Shown in pieces: positions 52,404 to 62,666 of a DNA stretch of 64,000 nt (position 1 is the first letter of the stretch; each line of letters begins with the position of its first letter). Location of the stretch: positions 64,001 to 128,000 of the forward strand of contig PBHC01000005.1 in NCBI GenBank assembly GCA_002719295.1, in the 5' to 3' direction. The DNA is from Chloroflexota bacterium. GTDB lineage: Bacteria; Chloroflexota; Dehalococcoidia; Lucifugimonadales; Lucifugimonadaceae. A model generated the notes under the pieces. The model was given only the letters and a program-made list of their open reading frames with translations, did not search any database and had not been told where the DNA came from. The translations under genes and the position numbers were made by a program.

Positions 52404-52844
52404 ATGGTTAATAGAGGTTGGATAGTTTCAAAATCTCTTACTGTGTCTAACATAAGATCAGAGAATGATTCGACTCTTGAAGTTAATTCAGATCCTGTTG
52501 TTGGTGTTTACACTATAAGTGTTGCTTCTCATCTTATTTCTATGCATCCAAATACTCTAAGAAAATATGATAGAAATGGTTTAGTAAAACCTTCTAGAAC
52601 TGACGGTAGAAGAAGATTGTATTCAGAAAATGATCTTCTTAGACTCAGAATTGTAAAATTATTAACTGAAAGATATGGATTAAACCTTGAAGGAGCAAAG
52701 TTAGTGTTAGCGCTGTCTATTAGAATTAAAGAAGTGGTTGATCTATTGGAACAAGGTGTTAATAATCAGGTTTATAAAAATTCTGCTAAAGTTGCTTCTA
52801 AAGAATTGCGCCAACTTTTTCTAGATTTAGGGATTAAAATTTAA
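52404..52844 (+). CDS. hspR: HspR-like MerR-family regulator (paralog 2)
   Basis: GVYTISVASHLISMHPNTLRKYDRNGLVKPSRTDGRRRLYS...GLNLEG; heads grpE-dnaK. Confidence 0.85.
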   Translation: MVNRGWIVSKSLTVSNIRSENDSTLEVNSDPVVGVYTISVASHLISMHPNTLRKYDRNGLVKPSRTDGRRRLYSENDLLRLRIVKLLTERYGLNLEGAKLVLALSIRIKEVVDLLEQGVNNQVYKNSAKVASKELRQLFLDLGIKI

Positions 52845-52846
52845 TT

Positions 52847-53353
52847 ATGGCAAAAGAATCAAAAAAAGATAAGGAAATAAAAAATCTTGAAGAGAAATTG
52901 AGTGAATTATATTCAGAAAAAGAAAAATATCTGGATATTGCTCAAAGAGCACAAGCTGATTTAGTTAATTATAGAAAAAAAGTTACACTGGATATTAAAG
53001 AATCTGATGACAGAGCGCAAAGAAAAATCTTTATGCAAATAATTAATGTTCTTGATCAGTTTAGTATGGCACTCTCTTCAAAAGTAGACACTAAAACTTA
53101 TAAATCATGGATACAGGGAATAGAATCTGTTAATAGTAATTTCAAAACACTTTTATCTTCTTTTGATTTTGTTGAAATAAACTTAAGTAAAGGCGATAAA
53201 TTTGACCCAAATAATCACGAGGCAATTTCTAGAATTGAAACAGATGAATTTGAGGAAGGAGAAATTGTTCGACAACTATCTCCAGGTTATAAACATAAAG
53301 AATATCTACTAAGACCAATCTTAGTAGAAATAGCATTTAAGAAGAAAGATTAA
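52847..53353 (+). CDS. grpE: Nucleotide exchange factor GrpE
   Basis: [21 protein letters not shown]...LLRP. Confidence 0.95.
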   Translation: MAKESKKDKEIKNLEEKLSELYSEKEKYLDIAQRAQADLVNYRKKVTLDIKESDDRAQRKIFMQIINVLDQFSMALSSKVDTKTYKSWIQGIESVNSNFKTLLSSFDFVEINLSKGDKFDPNNHEAISRIETDEFEEGEIVRQLSPGYKHKEYLLRPILVEIAFKKKD

Positions 53354-53366
53354 GAAAGGAAATAAA

Positions 53367-55259
53367 ATGGCAAAAGTAATAGGAATAGATCTAGGAACCA
53401 CTAATTCTGCAATGGCAGTTATGGAATCTGGAGAACCAATAGTGATTGAAAATAATGAAGGAAAAAGAACTACTCCTTCTGTTGTAGCATTGAATACAAA
53501 ATCTGATGAAAGATTTGTTGGAGAAACTGCAAAAAGACAGTCAATCACTAATCCTGAAAATACTGTATATTCTGCAAAAAGATTTATCGGAAGAAGATTT
53601 AATCAAACAGAAATGAAAAATGAAAACAGCAGAGTCTCTTATAAATTAGATAAAAGAGCTAATGGTGATGTTGGAATAAAGCTAGGAGAAAAAGACCATG
53701 CTCCAGCTGAAATTTCTGCAATGGTGCTTAGAAAATTAAAAGAGGATGCAGAGAGTAAACTTGGAGATAAAGTAGACCAAGCTGTAATTACTGTTCCAGC
53801 ATATTTTAATGATTCTCAAAGAGAAGCTACAAAAGTTGCGGGACAAATAGCAGGATTAGAAGTTCTAAGAATAATAAATGAGCCTACAGCTGCTTCACTA
53901 GCATATGGTCTTGATAAAGAAGGGGACAGGACTATTGCAGTTTATGACTTAGGAGGCGGAACCTTTGATATAACAATACTTCAGCTAGGAGATGGTGTGT
54001 TTGAAGTAAAGTCGACCAATGGAGATACTCAACTTGGAGGAGATGATTTTGATAACGTGATTGTTGATTTCATTTGTGAAGATTTTAAAAATGAAAACTC
54101 TATAGATTTGAAATCAGACCCTGCAGCCTTACAAAGAATCAGAGTTGAAGCAGAAAGAGCTAAAATTGAATTATCTTCTGTAAATCAAACAGAAATTAAT
54201 TTACCTTTTATTACAGCAGATTCTAATGGCCCAAAACATCTTCAGCTAAATCTCAATAGATCAAAGTTAGAAGAACTAACTTCACTACTAGTAGAAAAAA
54301 CAGTAAAACCAACTTTATCTGCCCTAAAGGATGCTGAAGCAAAGCCTGCAGACATAGATGAGGTTGTTTTAGTTGGAGGAATGACAAGAATGCCACTTGT
54401 TTCAGAAAAGGTAAAAGAGTTATTTAAGAAAGAGCCAAACAAAACAATTAATCCAGATGAAGTGGTTGCACTAGGTGCAGCAATTCAAGCAGGAGTTCTT
54501 CAAGGAGATGTAAAGGATGTTTTATTACTTGATGTAACTCCATTGACTCTTGGTATAGAAACTTTAGGAGGAGTAAAGACTCCTTTAATAGAGAGAAATA
54601 CAACAATCCCTACATCAAAGACAGAAACCTTTACTACTGCTGCTGATAATCAGCCTTCTGTAGAAATACATGTTGTACAAGGTGAAAGAGAAATGGCTAA
54701 TGATAATGTTTCTATAGGTAGATTTTCTTTAGATGGTATACAGCCAGCACCTAGAGGTGTACCTCAGATAGATGTTACTTTTGATATTGATGCTGATGGA
54801 ATAGTTACTGTAATGGCTAAAGATAGAGCAACAAATAAAGAGCAGAAAATTACTATAACAGGGCGTTCAGGAATGTCAGATGATGAAATAGATAAAATTG
54901 TTAAAGATGCTGAAAAATTTGCTGAAGAAGATCAGAAAAAGAAGGCTAATATTGAGTCAAAAAATTCTGCTGAAGCTGTGATATATCAATCTGAAAAACT
55001 AATAAAAGAAAATTCAGACAAAGTACCAGAAGAAATCACAAAAGAATTGCAAGATGAAGTAGATATACTCAAAGCTGCAATTGCTAAAGAAGATTCAGAA
55101 TCTGAAGAGATAAACGAAAGTATAGAAAAAGTAAACTTGGCTTTACAAAAATTCGGCCAAAATTTACCTCAGCAAGAAAATGATCCTTCAGACCCTTCAA
55201 AAACTGATGACAAATCTGATGAAGATGATACTGTTGATGGTGAATATAAAGAAGTCTAG
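53367..55259 (+). CDS. dnaK: Chaperone DnaK (Hsp70)
   Basis: [33 protein letters not shown]. Confidence 0.99.
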   Translation: MAKVIGIDLGTTNSAMAVMESGEPIVIENNEGKRTTPSVVALNTKSDERFVGETAKRQSITNPENTVYSAKRFIGRRFNQTEMKNENSRVSYKLDKRANGDVGIKLGEKDHAPAEISAMVLRKLKEDAESKLGDKVDQAVITVPAYFNDSQREATKVAGQIAGLEVLRIINEPTAASLAYGLDKEGDRTIAVYDLGGGTFDITILQLGDGVFEVKSTNGDTQLGGDDFDNVIVDFICEDFKNENSIDLKSDPAALQRIRVEAERAKIELSSVNQTEINLPFITADSNGPKHLQLNLNRSKLEELTSLLVEKTVKPTLSALKDAEAKPADIDEVVLVGGMTRMPLVSEKVKELFKKEPNKTINPDEVVALGAAIQAGVLQGDVKDVLLLDVTPLTLGIETLGGVKTPLIERNTTIPTSKTETFTTAADNQPSVEIHVVQGEREMANDNVSIGRFSLDGIQPAPRGVPQIDVTFDIDADGIVTVMAKDRATNKEQKITITGRSGMSDDEIDKIVKDAEKFAEEDQKKKANIESKNSAEAVIYQSEKLIKENSDKVPEEITKELQDEVDILKAAIAKEDSESEEINESIEKVNLALQKFGQNLPQQENDPSDPSKTDDKSDEDDTVDGEYKEV

Positions 55260-55267
55260 GGGCACAT

Positions 55268-56122
55268 ATGAAAATTTATCAAATTGGCAAAAAAGTTTTT
55301 GTAGAAGATGGTAAAAATCTAAAAGATATTACTAAATTAAGACCATCCATAAAATCATCAATAGATTTAATTAAGGTTGCATTAGGTAATGACCTTTCTG
55401 TTTCTGAGTATCTCAAAAAAACAATGGGTACAAAAGAAGATGGAACACCTGTTTCTGTCCTTTCGAGTGCAAGAATTCCAATAGATTCTCCTGAAACATG
55501 GGCATTCGGTGTTACATATGAAGATTCTATGAAGGAAAGGCAAGCTGAATCTGATACTCCAGATGTTTATGGCAAGGTTTATACAGCAGATAGACCAGAA
55601 GCATTTTTTAAGAGTACTTTATCTAGACTTAAGGGTCCAAATGACCAAGTAGGTATTAGAAAAGATTCTACCTGGGATGTTCCAGAACCCGAACTTACGT
55701 TTATTGTTTTTCATGGAAAAATAGTAGGATTTACAGTTGGAAATGATATGTCTAGTAGATCAATAGAAGGAGAGAATCCTTTATATATACCTCAAGCTAA
55801 GATTTATAACAATTCAGCATCAATTGGTCCTTGCTGGGTTCCAATAGAATTATTAGATTACAATAATTTGAATGTTGAAATGGTAATAAAGAGAAATTCT
55901 AAAGAAGTATTTTCAGGATCTGGAGATACTAACCTTATGAAAAGAAAGTGTGATGAATTAAATGAGTGGCTTCATACAAGTAATGATATACCTGATGGAA
56001 CTACTGTAATGACAGGAACTGGAACTATTCCTCCTGAGGAATTTACATTAAAAGCTGGAGATGAAATCTCTATTACAATAGAAAATATAGGAACTTTGGT
56101 AAATACAGTAATTGAAGTTTAA
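55268..56122 (+). CDS. Fumarylacetoacetate hydrolase family protein (2-keto-3-deoxy-pentonate dehydratase-like)
   Basis: ETWAFGVTY, RPEAFFK, VPEPEL, GNDMSSRSIEGENPLY, MTGTG. Confidence 0.88.
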   Translation: MKIYQIGKKVFVEDGKNLKDITKLRPSIKSSIDLIKVALGNDLSVSEYLKKTMGTKEDGTPVSVLSSARIPIDSPETWAFGVTYEDSMKERQAESDTPDVYGKVYTADRPEAFFKSTLSRLKGPNDQVGIRKDSTWDVPEPELTFIVFHGKIVGFTVGNDMSSRSIEGENPLYIPQAKIYNNSASIGPCWVPIELLDYNNLNVEMVIKRNSKEVFSGSGDTNLMKRKCDELNEWLHTSNDIPDGTTVMTGTGTIPPEEFTLKAGDEISITIENIGTLVNTVIEV

Positions 56123-57555
56123 GAAATATTTATAACTCTAATTAAGTTTGTATTTCCTTTTACTCCAATAGGAAGACCCGCAACTACTACTATAGTGTCT
56201 CCTATAGAAGCTAAATTTAGTTCTTTGACTATATCATTTGCGTATTCAAACATTTCTTCAATTTGTTCGAAATTAGAAACATTTATAGTGTTAACTCCCC
56301 ATCTTAATCCTAGGTTTATTTCTGCACTCAAATCAGGAGAAAGTGCAATTACAGATTGAGAAGGCCTATAAGAAGCAACTCTTGCAGCTGTTGAGCCAGA
56401 TTCTGTAAATGCAACAATTAATTTTGATTCTAATTGTTCTGCTATACTTGCGGCACCATGTGCTATAAGTTCATCAACATGATTTGAATCTGAAGAATTT
56501 ATATTTTCTAATTTGAGATTTCTGATGTAGTTGTTGTTTATATTTTTTTCAGCAATATCAGAAATTTCTCTCATGAATTCTACAGCTCTTATAGGATAGT
56601 TTCCAACTGATGTTTCTCCAGATAACATAATTGCATCTGTACCATCTAAAACAGCGTTATGCACGTCTGTAGATTCTGCTCTAGTTGGTTGGGGGTTTTC
56701 CGTCATTGACTCCAACATTTGAGTTGCGGTAATAACCTCTTTTCCTTTTTTATTTGAAAGGTTAATAATATATTTTTGTGCAGATGGGACTTCAGAAATT
56801 GGGAGATGAACACCTAAATCTCCTCTAGCAACCATAACTACATCTGAATTATCAATTATTTCTTCCAAATTATCTAATGCTTTTTGCAATTCTATTTTAG
56901 ATATAATTCTTAGTTTTTTATCACCTAATTTTTCTTTAACTCTTTTTATATCTTCTGCATTTCTTACATAAGAGAGTCCAATGTAGTCTATATCATTTGT
57001 AATGACAAAATTTAATGCACTTTCTGTTTCTTCTGTGAAATAATCTAGCATTGATGGATAACCTCTTGCTACTACGGCTTTATTACTACTTATTTTTCCT
57101 GACAATTTTACTTTGGTTTCTAATTGAGTTTGATTTTTCCCTGTAACTTCCAGCTCAACAGCACCATCGTCAATCATTAATATTGCACCTTTTTCTACAT
57201 CATCATTTAATCCAGATGGCCAAATATTTAACAATTTTGATTCAAGTTTTTCATTATCACATTCGAATATAATTTTTTGATTTTCTGTGACTTCCATAAT
57301 TCCATTTTCAATTTCACCTACTCTATATTTTGGTCCAGGAAGATCAGCCAAAATTGGAAGATATATTTTACGATTTTTTGCAGCTTCTCTTAAGTTAGAA
57401 ATTATTTTTTTATGATCACTTTGGTTTCCGTGTGAAAGATTCATTCTGGCAACATTCATGCCAGCGTCAATTAATCCTTCAATAATTTCAACGGATTCTG
57501 AGGAAGGGCCTATAGTACATACTATTTTGGTTTTTTTTAATATACTTTTTTGCAT
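56119..57555 (-). CDS. pyk: Pyruvate kinase
   Basis: TKIVCTIGP, RMNLSHG, MVARGDLG, TATQMLESM, MLSGET. Confidence 0.97.
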   Translation of the reverse strand: MQKSILKKTKIVCTIGPSSESVEIIEGLIDAGMNVARMNLSHGNQSDHKKIISNLREAAKNRKIYLPILADLPGPKYRVGEIENGIMEVTENQKIIFECDNEKLESKLLNIWPSGLNDDVEKGAILMIDDGAVELEVTGKNQTQLETKVKLSGKISSNKAVVARGYPSMLDYFTEETESALNFVITNDIDYIGLSYVRNAEDIKRVKEKLGDKKLRIISKIELQKALDNLEEIIDNSDVVMVARGDLGVHLPISEVPSAQKYIINLSNKKGKEVITATQMLESMTENPQPTRAESTDVHNAVLDGTDAIMLSGETSVGNYPIRAVEFMREISDIAEKNINNNYIRNLKLENINSSDSNHVDELIAHGAASIAEQLESKLIVAFTESGSTAARVASYRPSQSVIALSPDLSAEINLGLRWGVNTINVSNFEQIEEMFEYANDIVKELNLASIGDTIVVVAGLPIGVKGNTNLIRVINIS

Positions 57556-57651
57556 AATTTATAAAATATTTTTATAGAAATAGAATTCAATTAAGATTTA
57601 TATATCGTATTATATATTATAGTTATAGAAGAGAATCTAATAGAGGGTGTT

Positions 57652-58353
57652 ATGGCTGAAGAAAATCATAATTTGTTCCAATTGCAAGAATATGATTTAG
57701 GTATTTTTAACAATGAAGATAAAGTGAATCAGATTCTAAAAAAAATAGATGAAAAACTAGGAATTGATGATCTTAAATCAAAATTAGAATTAATAGAAAA
57801 AAAATTTGAAGATCTTACTAAACTTCAATTAAGAGTGAATCAAATAATAGATCAAACTAGTAATGAAATCAACGAATTAAATACAACTCTATACTCAGGA
57901 AAAATTAGAAATACTAAAGAGGTAGAGGCAATAGAAATTGAAATCAAAAATAAGAATGAACATTTGACATCATATGAATCTAAGATAAGTAAGGTTAATG
58001 AAAATATTACAAAATTAAGTGAAATTAAAGAAAACTATGAGTTGAAAATTTTTTCACTTGAAGAGAAATGGATTGATTTGGAAAAAAAATTTAATTATGA
58101 AATTGAAACCTTAAATAATGATAGGTTGAATCTTGAAGAAAAAAGAGAAGGATTATCAAGAAAATTAGATAAAAACACACTTAACTTATATGATTCTTTT
58201 ATGAAAAAGAGCAGGAATGTTGGAATTTCTAAATTAGACAATAAAATAAGTACTTGTTGTAAAATTGAGCTTCCTAATGCATTTGTAGAGAAAATAAAAA
58301 ATAGCGAATTACCTATAGTATGTAATTGTGGTAAATCTTTAATTTCGGAGTGA
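57652..58353 (+). CDS. DUF164-like coiled-coil / C4 Zn-ribbon protein
   Basis: LFQLQEYD N-terminus, LYSG...KE, long coiled coil, Cys cluster at the C-terminus (TCC...CNCGK). Confidence 0.8.
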   Translation: MAEENHNLFQLQEYDLGIFNNEDKVNQILKKIDEKLGIDDLKSKLELIEKKFEDLTKLQLRVNQIIDQTSNEINELNTTLYSGKIRNTKEVEAIEIEIKNKNEHLTSYESKISKVNENITKLSEIKENYELKIFSLEEKWIDLEKKFNYEIETLNNDRLNLEEKREGLSRKLDKNTLNLYDSFMKKSRNVGISKLDNKISTCCKIELPNAFVEKIKNSELPIVCNCGKSLISE

Positions 58354-58357
58354 TTTT

Positions 58358-59479
58358 TTGAATTGTTTAGCGGTTGTTCATGACGAAAGAAATAGTGAAG
58401 AAATAAATAAAATAAATGAATTTTCTCGTTATGAAAATGTTTCTATAGATTATTATCTTGGTAGACTTGATTTCAAAAAAACCTTTGACTTTATAGTAAA
58501 GAACAATATATCAAAAGTATTTTTATCGGATGCAAATGTTTTAGATAATGATCTAAGCTCTTTTACTGAAAAAATCATAGCATTACATAAAAATAACATT
58601 TCTGTATTGTGTGCTTCTTATGATTTTCCTGACCCATTTCAGCTAGCTATAAGAACATTAAGTTTAAATGGGAAAGATCCTGGCAGAATAAACAAAATAA
58701 AAGATTCAATAAATAAGAAAGCTTCAAGAGGTCAGGTTTTAGGAAAAATTCCCTATGGATATAAAAAAAATCTCACAGGGTTCTTTGAAGAAGATTCATC
58801 TCAGTCAAAAAATGTAAAAAAGATTTTTTCTCTGTATAATCAAAATTTTTCTATTTCGGATATAACTAAGGAATTACAAAATACTTTGTTAACTGAGAAA
58901 TGGTCTAATCAAAAAGTAAAACATATTTTAGAAAATGATTTTTATATTGGAATTTATAGAAGATATAATGTTGTAATCCCTAATTCACACATATCAATAA
59001 TCGATAAAAAAGATTTTGATAATGCAAATAAGAAATTAGATATTGATGATAAAAGATCTTATATAAAGAATTATTGGACGAGATTTCTTTTTTGTGGATT
59101 TTGTTTTAATAAATTATCAATATCTAATCATAAAAATTCATGGATAAGTAAAGGTGAAAGAAAAAGTAAAAATTATAAATATTATATTTGTGATCATAAA
59201 AACTCTGAAATTGGATTTTCAAAAACTCTGAAAATTAAGTATGAAAAATTGAATGATTTATTAGAAATAAATATTAATAAAGAATTGATTTTAGAAAAAA
59301 AATTTGAAGATTCATACGTATATAAATTAATCTCAAAGCTATCTAATTCAAAAATTGTTTTTGATGATTTTATAGAAAAATTTGAAAATTATAAAAAATC
59401 TTCTTTGCAAAATAAAAATATGATTGAAAAGATTTTTATAAAGCAAATGAATAATGAAATATTTATATCCTCTACATAA
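58358..59479 (+). CDS. Large serine recombinase-like protein, catalytic motifs degenerate
   Basis: Recombinase-domain hallmarks G...GKIPYGY, VKKIFSLY, W....VKHILEN.FYIG, H..II....F; Zn-ribbon LFCGFC...YYIC; no YxRxS motif. TTG start after GGAG. Confidence 0.8.
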   Translation: MNCLAVVHDERNSEEINKINEFSRYENVSIDYYLGRLDFKKTFDFIVKNNISKVFLSDANVLDNDLSSFTEKIIALHKNNISVLCASYDFPDPFQLAIRTLSLNGKDPGRINKIKDSINKKASRGQVLGKIPYGYKKNLTGFFEEDSSQSKNVKKIFSLYNQNFSISDITKELQNTLLTEKWSNQKVKHILENDFYIGIYRRYNVVIPNSHISIIDKKDFDNANKKLDIDDKRSYIKNYWTRFLFCGFCFNKLSISNHKNSWISKGERKSKNYKYYICDHKNSEIGFSKTLKIKYEKLNDLLEININKELILEKKFEDSYVYKLISKLSNSKIVFDDFIEKFENYKKSSLQNKNMIEKIFIKQMNNEIFISST

Positions 59480-59527
59480 ATTAGTTATAATGTAAAAGTT
59501 AGACTATAAATTTAGTTTTTAACAATG

Positions 59528-59873
59528 AGGTAAAAGAAAGACGAGTGATCGCTGGCTTTGCCAGAGGAAAGTCCGAGCACCACTAGGATAAAGTGCCTGT
59601 TAACGGCAGGGCAGGGCAACCTGACGGATAGTGCAACAGAAAATATACCGCCATTATGGTAAGGGTGAAAAGGTAAGGTAAGAGCTTACCACAAATTTGG
59701 TAACAAGTTTGGTATTGTAAACCCCACTTGGTGCAAGGCTAAATAGAGGAACGATAAGTTATCCTAGACAGTTCCCGGGTAAGCTGCTCGAGCTAGTTGG
59801 TGACAGCTAGCCTAGATGGATGATCACATCTACATATAGAAACAGAACTCGGCTTATAGTCTTTCTTTTATCT
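59528..59873 (+). ncRNA. rnpB: RNase P RNA (bacterial type A)
   Basis: GAGGAAAGTCC, AGTGCAACAGAAA, AAGGGTGAAAAGG, GGTAAGAGC, ACAGAACTCGGCTTA; P1 helix AGGTAAAAGAAAGAC/GTCTTTCTTTTATCT; TATAAT at 59486-59491. Confidence 0.98.
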
Positions 59874-59880
59874 TTATTTA

Positions 59881-61464
59881 CTAAGGTACTGCATGACCCG
59901 CAAATATCCCTGTGCATTTTTCATTTTTTACCGCAATATTTCCATTTACAATTACGTAAGGAATTCCTACAGGAAATTGCTTTGCATCATCATAAGTAGC
60001 TGTATCAATTATTTTTTCTTCATCAAAAATTACTATGTCTGCGAAATATCCTTCTTTTAAAGAACCTCTTCCAGTTAATTTAAAAGTTTTGGCAGGATTG
60101 TTGCAGATTCTTTGAATCATTTGTTCAAGTGATATTATGTTATTAAATTGTCTTCTAAGCCTTCCAATAAACCTTGGAAATGTACCGTAAGCTCTAGGAT
60201 GAGGCACGTTTCCCAATCTAATTGAATCGCTTCCTATCATATAATCAGGTCTTGATAAAAATTCCACAGCATCTTTGCTGATTTGTCTCCAAGTAGAAAT
60301 ACTTTCAGGAGGAATTTGCCAAAAACCTACCTGTAAATCTTGTTCTATTAATATATTACAGATCAAATCTCCCATAGATAATCCTCTGATTTCTGCAAGT
60401 TGAGAAACTGTCATACCTTCTAATTCAGGATTATTTGGCAAATAAGAAAGTAATATGTGATCCATTCTTCTTTTTTTATTTAATCCAAAGCTTTCTATAA
60501 TTTTTGAACGTGCATTGTTATCATTTAATCTTTCTAAAATTTCCTTTGGTCCTCCCTCATGAGCCCAGCTTGGTAAATTGCTAAGTAAGAAAGAACTCCC
60601 AGTAGGATAAGGATATAATTCTAAAGTACAATCTACTCCCTCATCTTTAGCTTTATCAATTAATTCTAGTACTTCGGAAACTTGTCCAGCATTCTCAGCA
60701 CTTGTTCTTGTGTGAGAAAAATGAACTCTGACCCCCGATATTCTACCTATTTCAAGAGCTTCGGGAATACCTCCTCCGCCAAAACCTCTTTCTTTATTTA
60801 CATCTCTCAAATGAGTAATATAGACACCGTCTTTTTCTTTTACAACTTTGCATAACTGTATCAATTCTTCTGTGTTACTCCACGCATTAGGATGGTATGA
60901 CATTCCAGTAGCTAATCCTACAGAACCTTGTTCTAAACCTTCTCTAAGTAGACTTTTTGCATTCTCTAGTTCTTTTCCTTCTAAAGGTTTATCATAAAAC
61001 CCTACTGATTCCATTCTTAGAGCACCATGTGAAACTGGGTATGCAGTATTGATAGAAACTTTTTTATGATAATTAGATCTAAAAGCACTTATACTGCTCA
61101 TGTCCAGATTTTCTGGAGGCATGCCTAATATTCCGCCTAAATATTTTCTTTGAATTTTATAATTTTCTGATGAAAGAGGTGCATAAGAAAGTCCATCTTG
61201 TCCTAAAATTTCTGTGGTTACTCCTTGCCTTAAGCTACTAGCATGCTGAGGATCGTTAAGTAAAACCCCGTCATGGTGAGTATGAGTATCTATAAAGCCA
61301 GGCGAAACAATTAGTCCATTTGCATCAATAGTTTCTTTTGACTCTTTTCCGGTTGAATCTCCAATAAAGCTTATTTTTTCTCCTGAAATACCTATATCTG
61401 CTATAAATCTCTTTTTCCCAGAACCATTTATAACATTTCCATTTTTTATAAGTAAATCGAACAT
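59881..61464 (-). CDS. N-acyl-D-amino-acid deacylase (D-aminoacylase) family amidohydrolase
   Basis: PGFIDTHTH, QGVTT, YPY, GSD, HPRAYGTFPR, ADIVIFD. Confidence 0.9.
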   Translation of the reverse strand: MFDLLIKNGNVINGSGKKRFIADIGISGEKISFIGDSTGKESKETIDANGLIVSPGFIDTHTHHDGVLLNDPQHASSLRQGVTTEILGQDGLSYAPLSSENYKIQRKYLGGILGMPPENLDMSSISAFRSNYHKKVSINTAYPVSHGALRMESVGFYDKPLEGKELENAKSLLREGLEQGSVGLATGMSYHPNAWSNTEELIQLCKVVKEKDGVYITHLRDVNKERGFGGGGIPEALEIGRISGVRVHFSHTRTSAENAGQVSEVLELIDKAKDEGVDCTLELYPYPTGSSFLLSNLPSWAHEGGPKEILERLNDNNARSKIIESFGLNKKRRMDHILLSYLPNNPELEGMTVSQLAEIRGLSMGDLICNILIEQDLQVGFWQIPPESISTWRQISKDAVEFLSRPDYMIGSDSIRLGNVPHPRAYGTFPRFIGRLRRQFNNIISLEQMIQRICNNPAKTFKLTGRGSLKEGYFADIVIFDEEKIIDTATYDDAKQFPVGIPYVIVNGNIAVKNEKCTGIFAGHAVP

Positions 61465-61489
61465 GTTTAACTGAAATCCATAACTATAT

Positions 61490-62665
61490 TTATTCTGATT
61501 GTCCTCGTTTAGCCCAATCCATTTTTTCGAACATATTTAGACCAGGATCTAAATTGATTCCTTCTTTATTTTTTTCTGGAGGATGAGAAAGTATAAATTC
61601 TTCATTCAATTCAATACCCCATCCAGGTTTATCAGGCACGCTAAAAAACCCATCGACAACTTCTGGATAGAAGTTGGCAGCTTCTTTTACAAATGGATCA
61701 GCAAAATCATTAAAGTGTTCTAATATTTTAACATTTCGTAATGTTACACATAGATGAATTGCTGCTAATGTAGAAACAACACCACCCACATTATGAGGAG
61801 CTACCATTATAGAGTAAATTTCAGCAGTTGATGCAATTTTTTTTGTCTCAAATATACCTCCTGTTTGGGTGATATCAGGTTGTATTATGTCTACAGATTT
61901 ACTGTTCCATATCTCTCTAAATTCTGAAGCTCCATATAATCTTTCACCTGTTGCAATAGGAAGAGAGGTTTGAATTCTAACTTTCTCTAAACTAGGGTTG
62001 TCGCTTGGCCTTACGGGTTCTTCAATCCAGCCTATATTAAGATGATTTATTTTATTTGCTATTTCAGTTGCTTGATGAGCTGCAAATCTTCCGTGCATTT
62101 CAATCATCATTTGCATATCATCAGTTATTGTGTCTGATACAGCTTCTATTATTTCAAGAGATTTAAATAGTTCATCTCTTGATAATTCTAAGTCACCATT
62201 TCCAAATGGATCAAATTTTAAAGCTTTATATCCTTTAGATACAACTTTTGAAGCAGCTAAGGAAAAGCTATCAGGAGTCCTTTCAACTGTATACCAACCA
62301 TTGGCATATGCTTGAATCTTATCCTGAACTTTACCACCAATTAGTTTATATACAGGTTGATTTGTAGCTTTACCCATAATATCCCAAAATGCCATTTCAA
62401 CCATTGCTAAACCTGTATGAACTACTTCACCTGCTTTACCAAAATCAAGTAATGTAAATCTTCGATACAAGGCTTCTATATCAAAAGGATCATGCCCAAT
62501 AAAATGTCTTTCAACATCTTTTAGATACTCAGCCACTGTATGAGTTTTTCCTACAACTCTTGCCTCTCCAACTCCAGTAATTCCTTCATCAGTTTCAACA
62601 ACTATATATGATAAATTCCTCCAAGGAGTACCTAACTGTAATAATCTAAATCCAGTAGTTTTCAT
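61490..62665 (-). CDS. Galactonate dehydratase-like enolase-superfamily enzyme
   Basis: EMAFWDIMGK, YANGW, KFDPFG, IEMHGRF, WIEEP, IATGER, APHN. Confidence 0.92.
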   Translation of the reverse strand: MKTTGFRLLQLGTPWRNLSYIVVETDEGITGVGEARVVGKTHTVAEYLKDVERHFIGHDPFDIEALYRRFTLLDFGKAGEVVHTGLAMVEMAFWDIMGKATNQPVYKLIGGKVQDKIQAYANGWYTVERTPDSFSLAASKVVSKGYKALKFDPFGNGDLELSRDELFKSLEIIEAVSDTITDDMQMMIEMHGRFAAHQATEIANKINHLNIGWIEEPVRPSDNPSLEKVRIQTSLPIATGERLYGASEFREIWNSKSVDIIQPDITQTGGIFETKKIASTAEIYSIMVAPHNVGGVVSTLAAIHLCVTLRNVKILEHFNDFADPFVKEAANFYPEVVDGFFSVPDKPGWGIELNEEFILSHPPEKNKEGINLDPGLNMFEKMDWAKRGQSE

Positions 62666-62666
62666 A

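Noticed and set aside
58358..59873. Prophage or genomic island integrated at rnpB
   Set aside because: No duplicated att sequence seen, no cargo or phage genes, and the recombinase lacks catalytic motifs.
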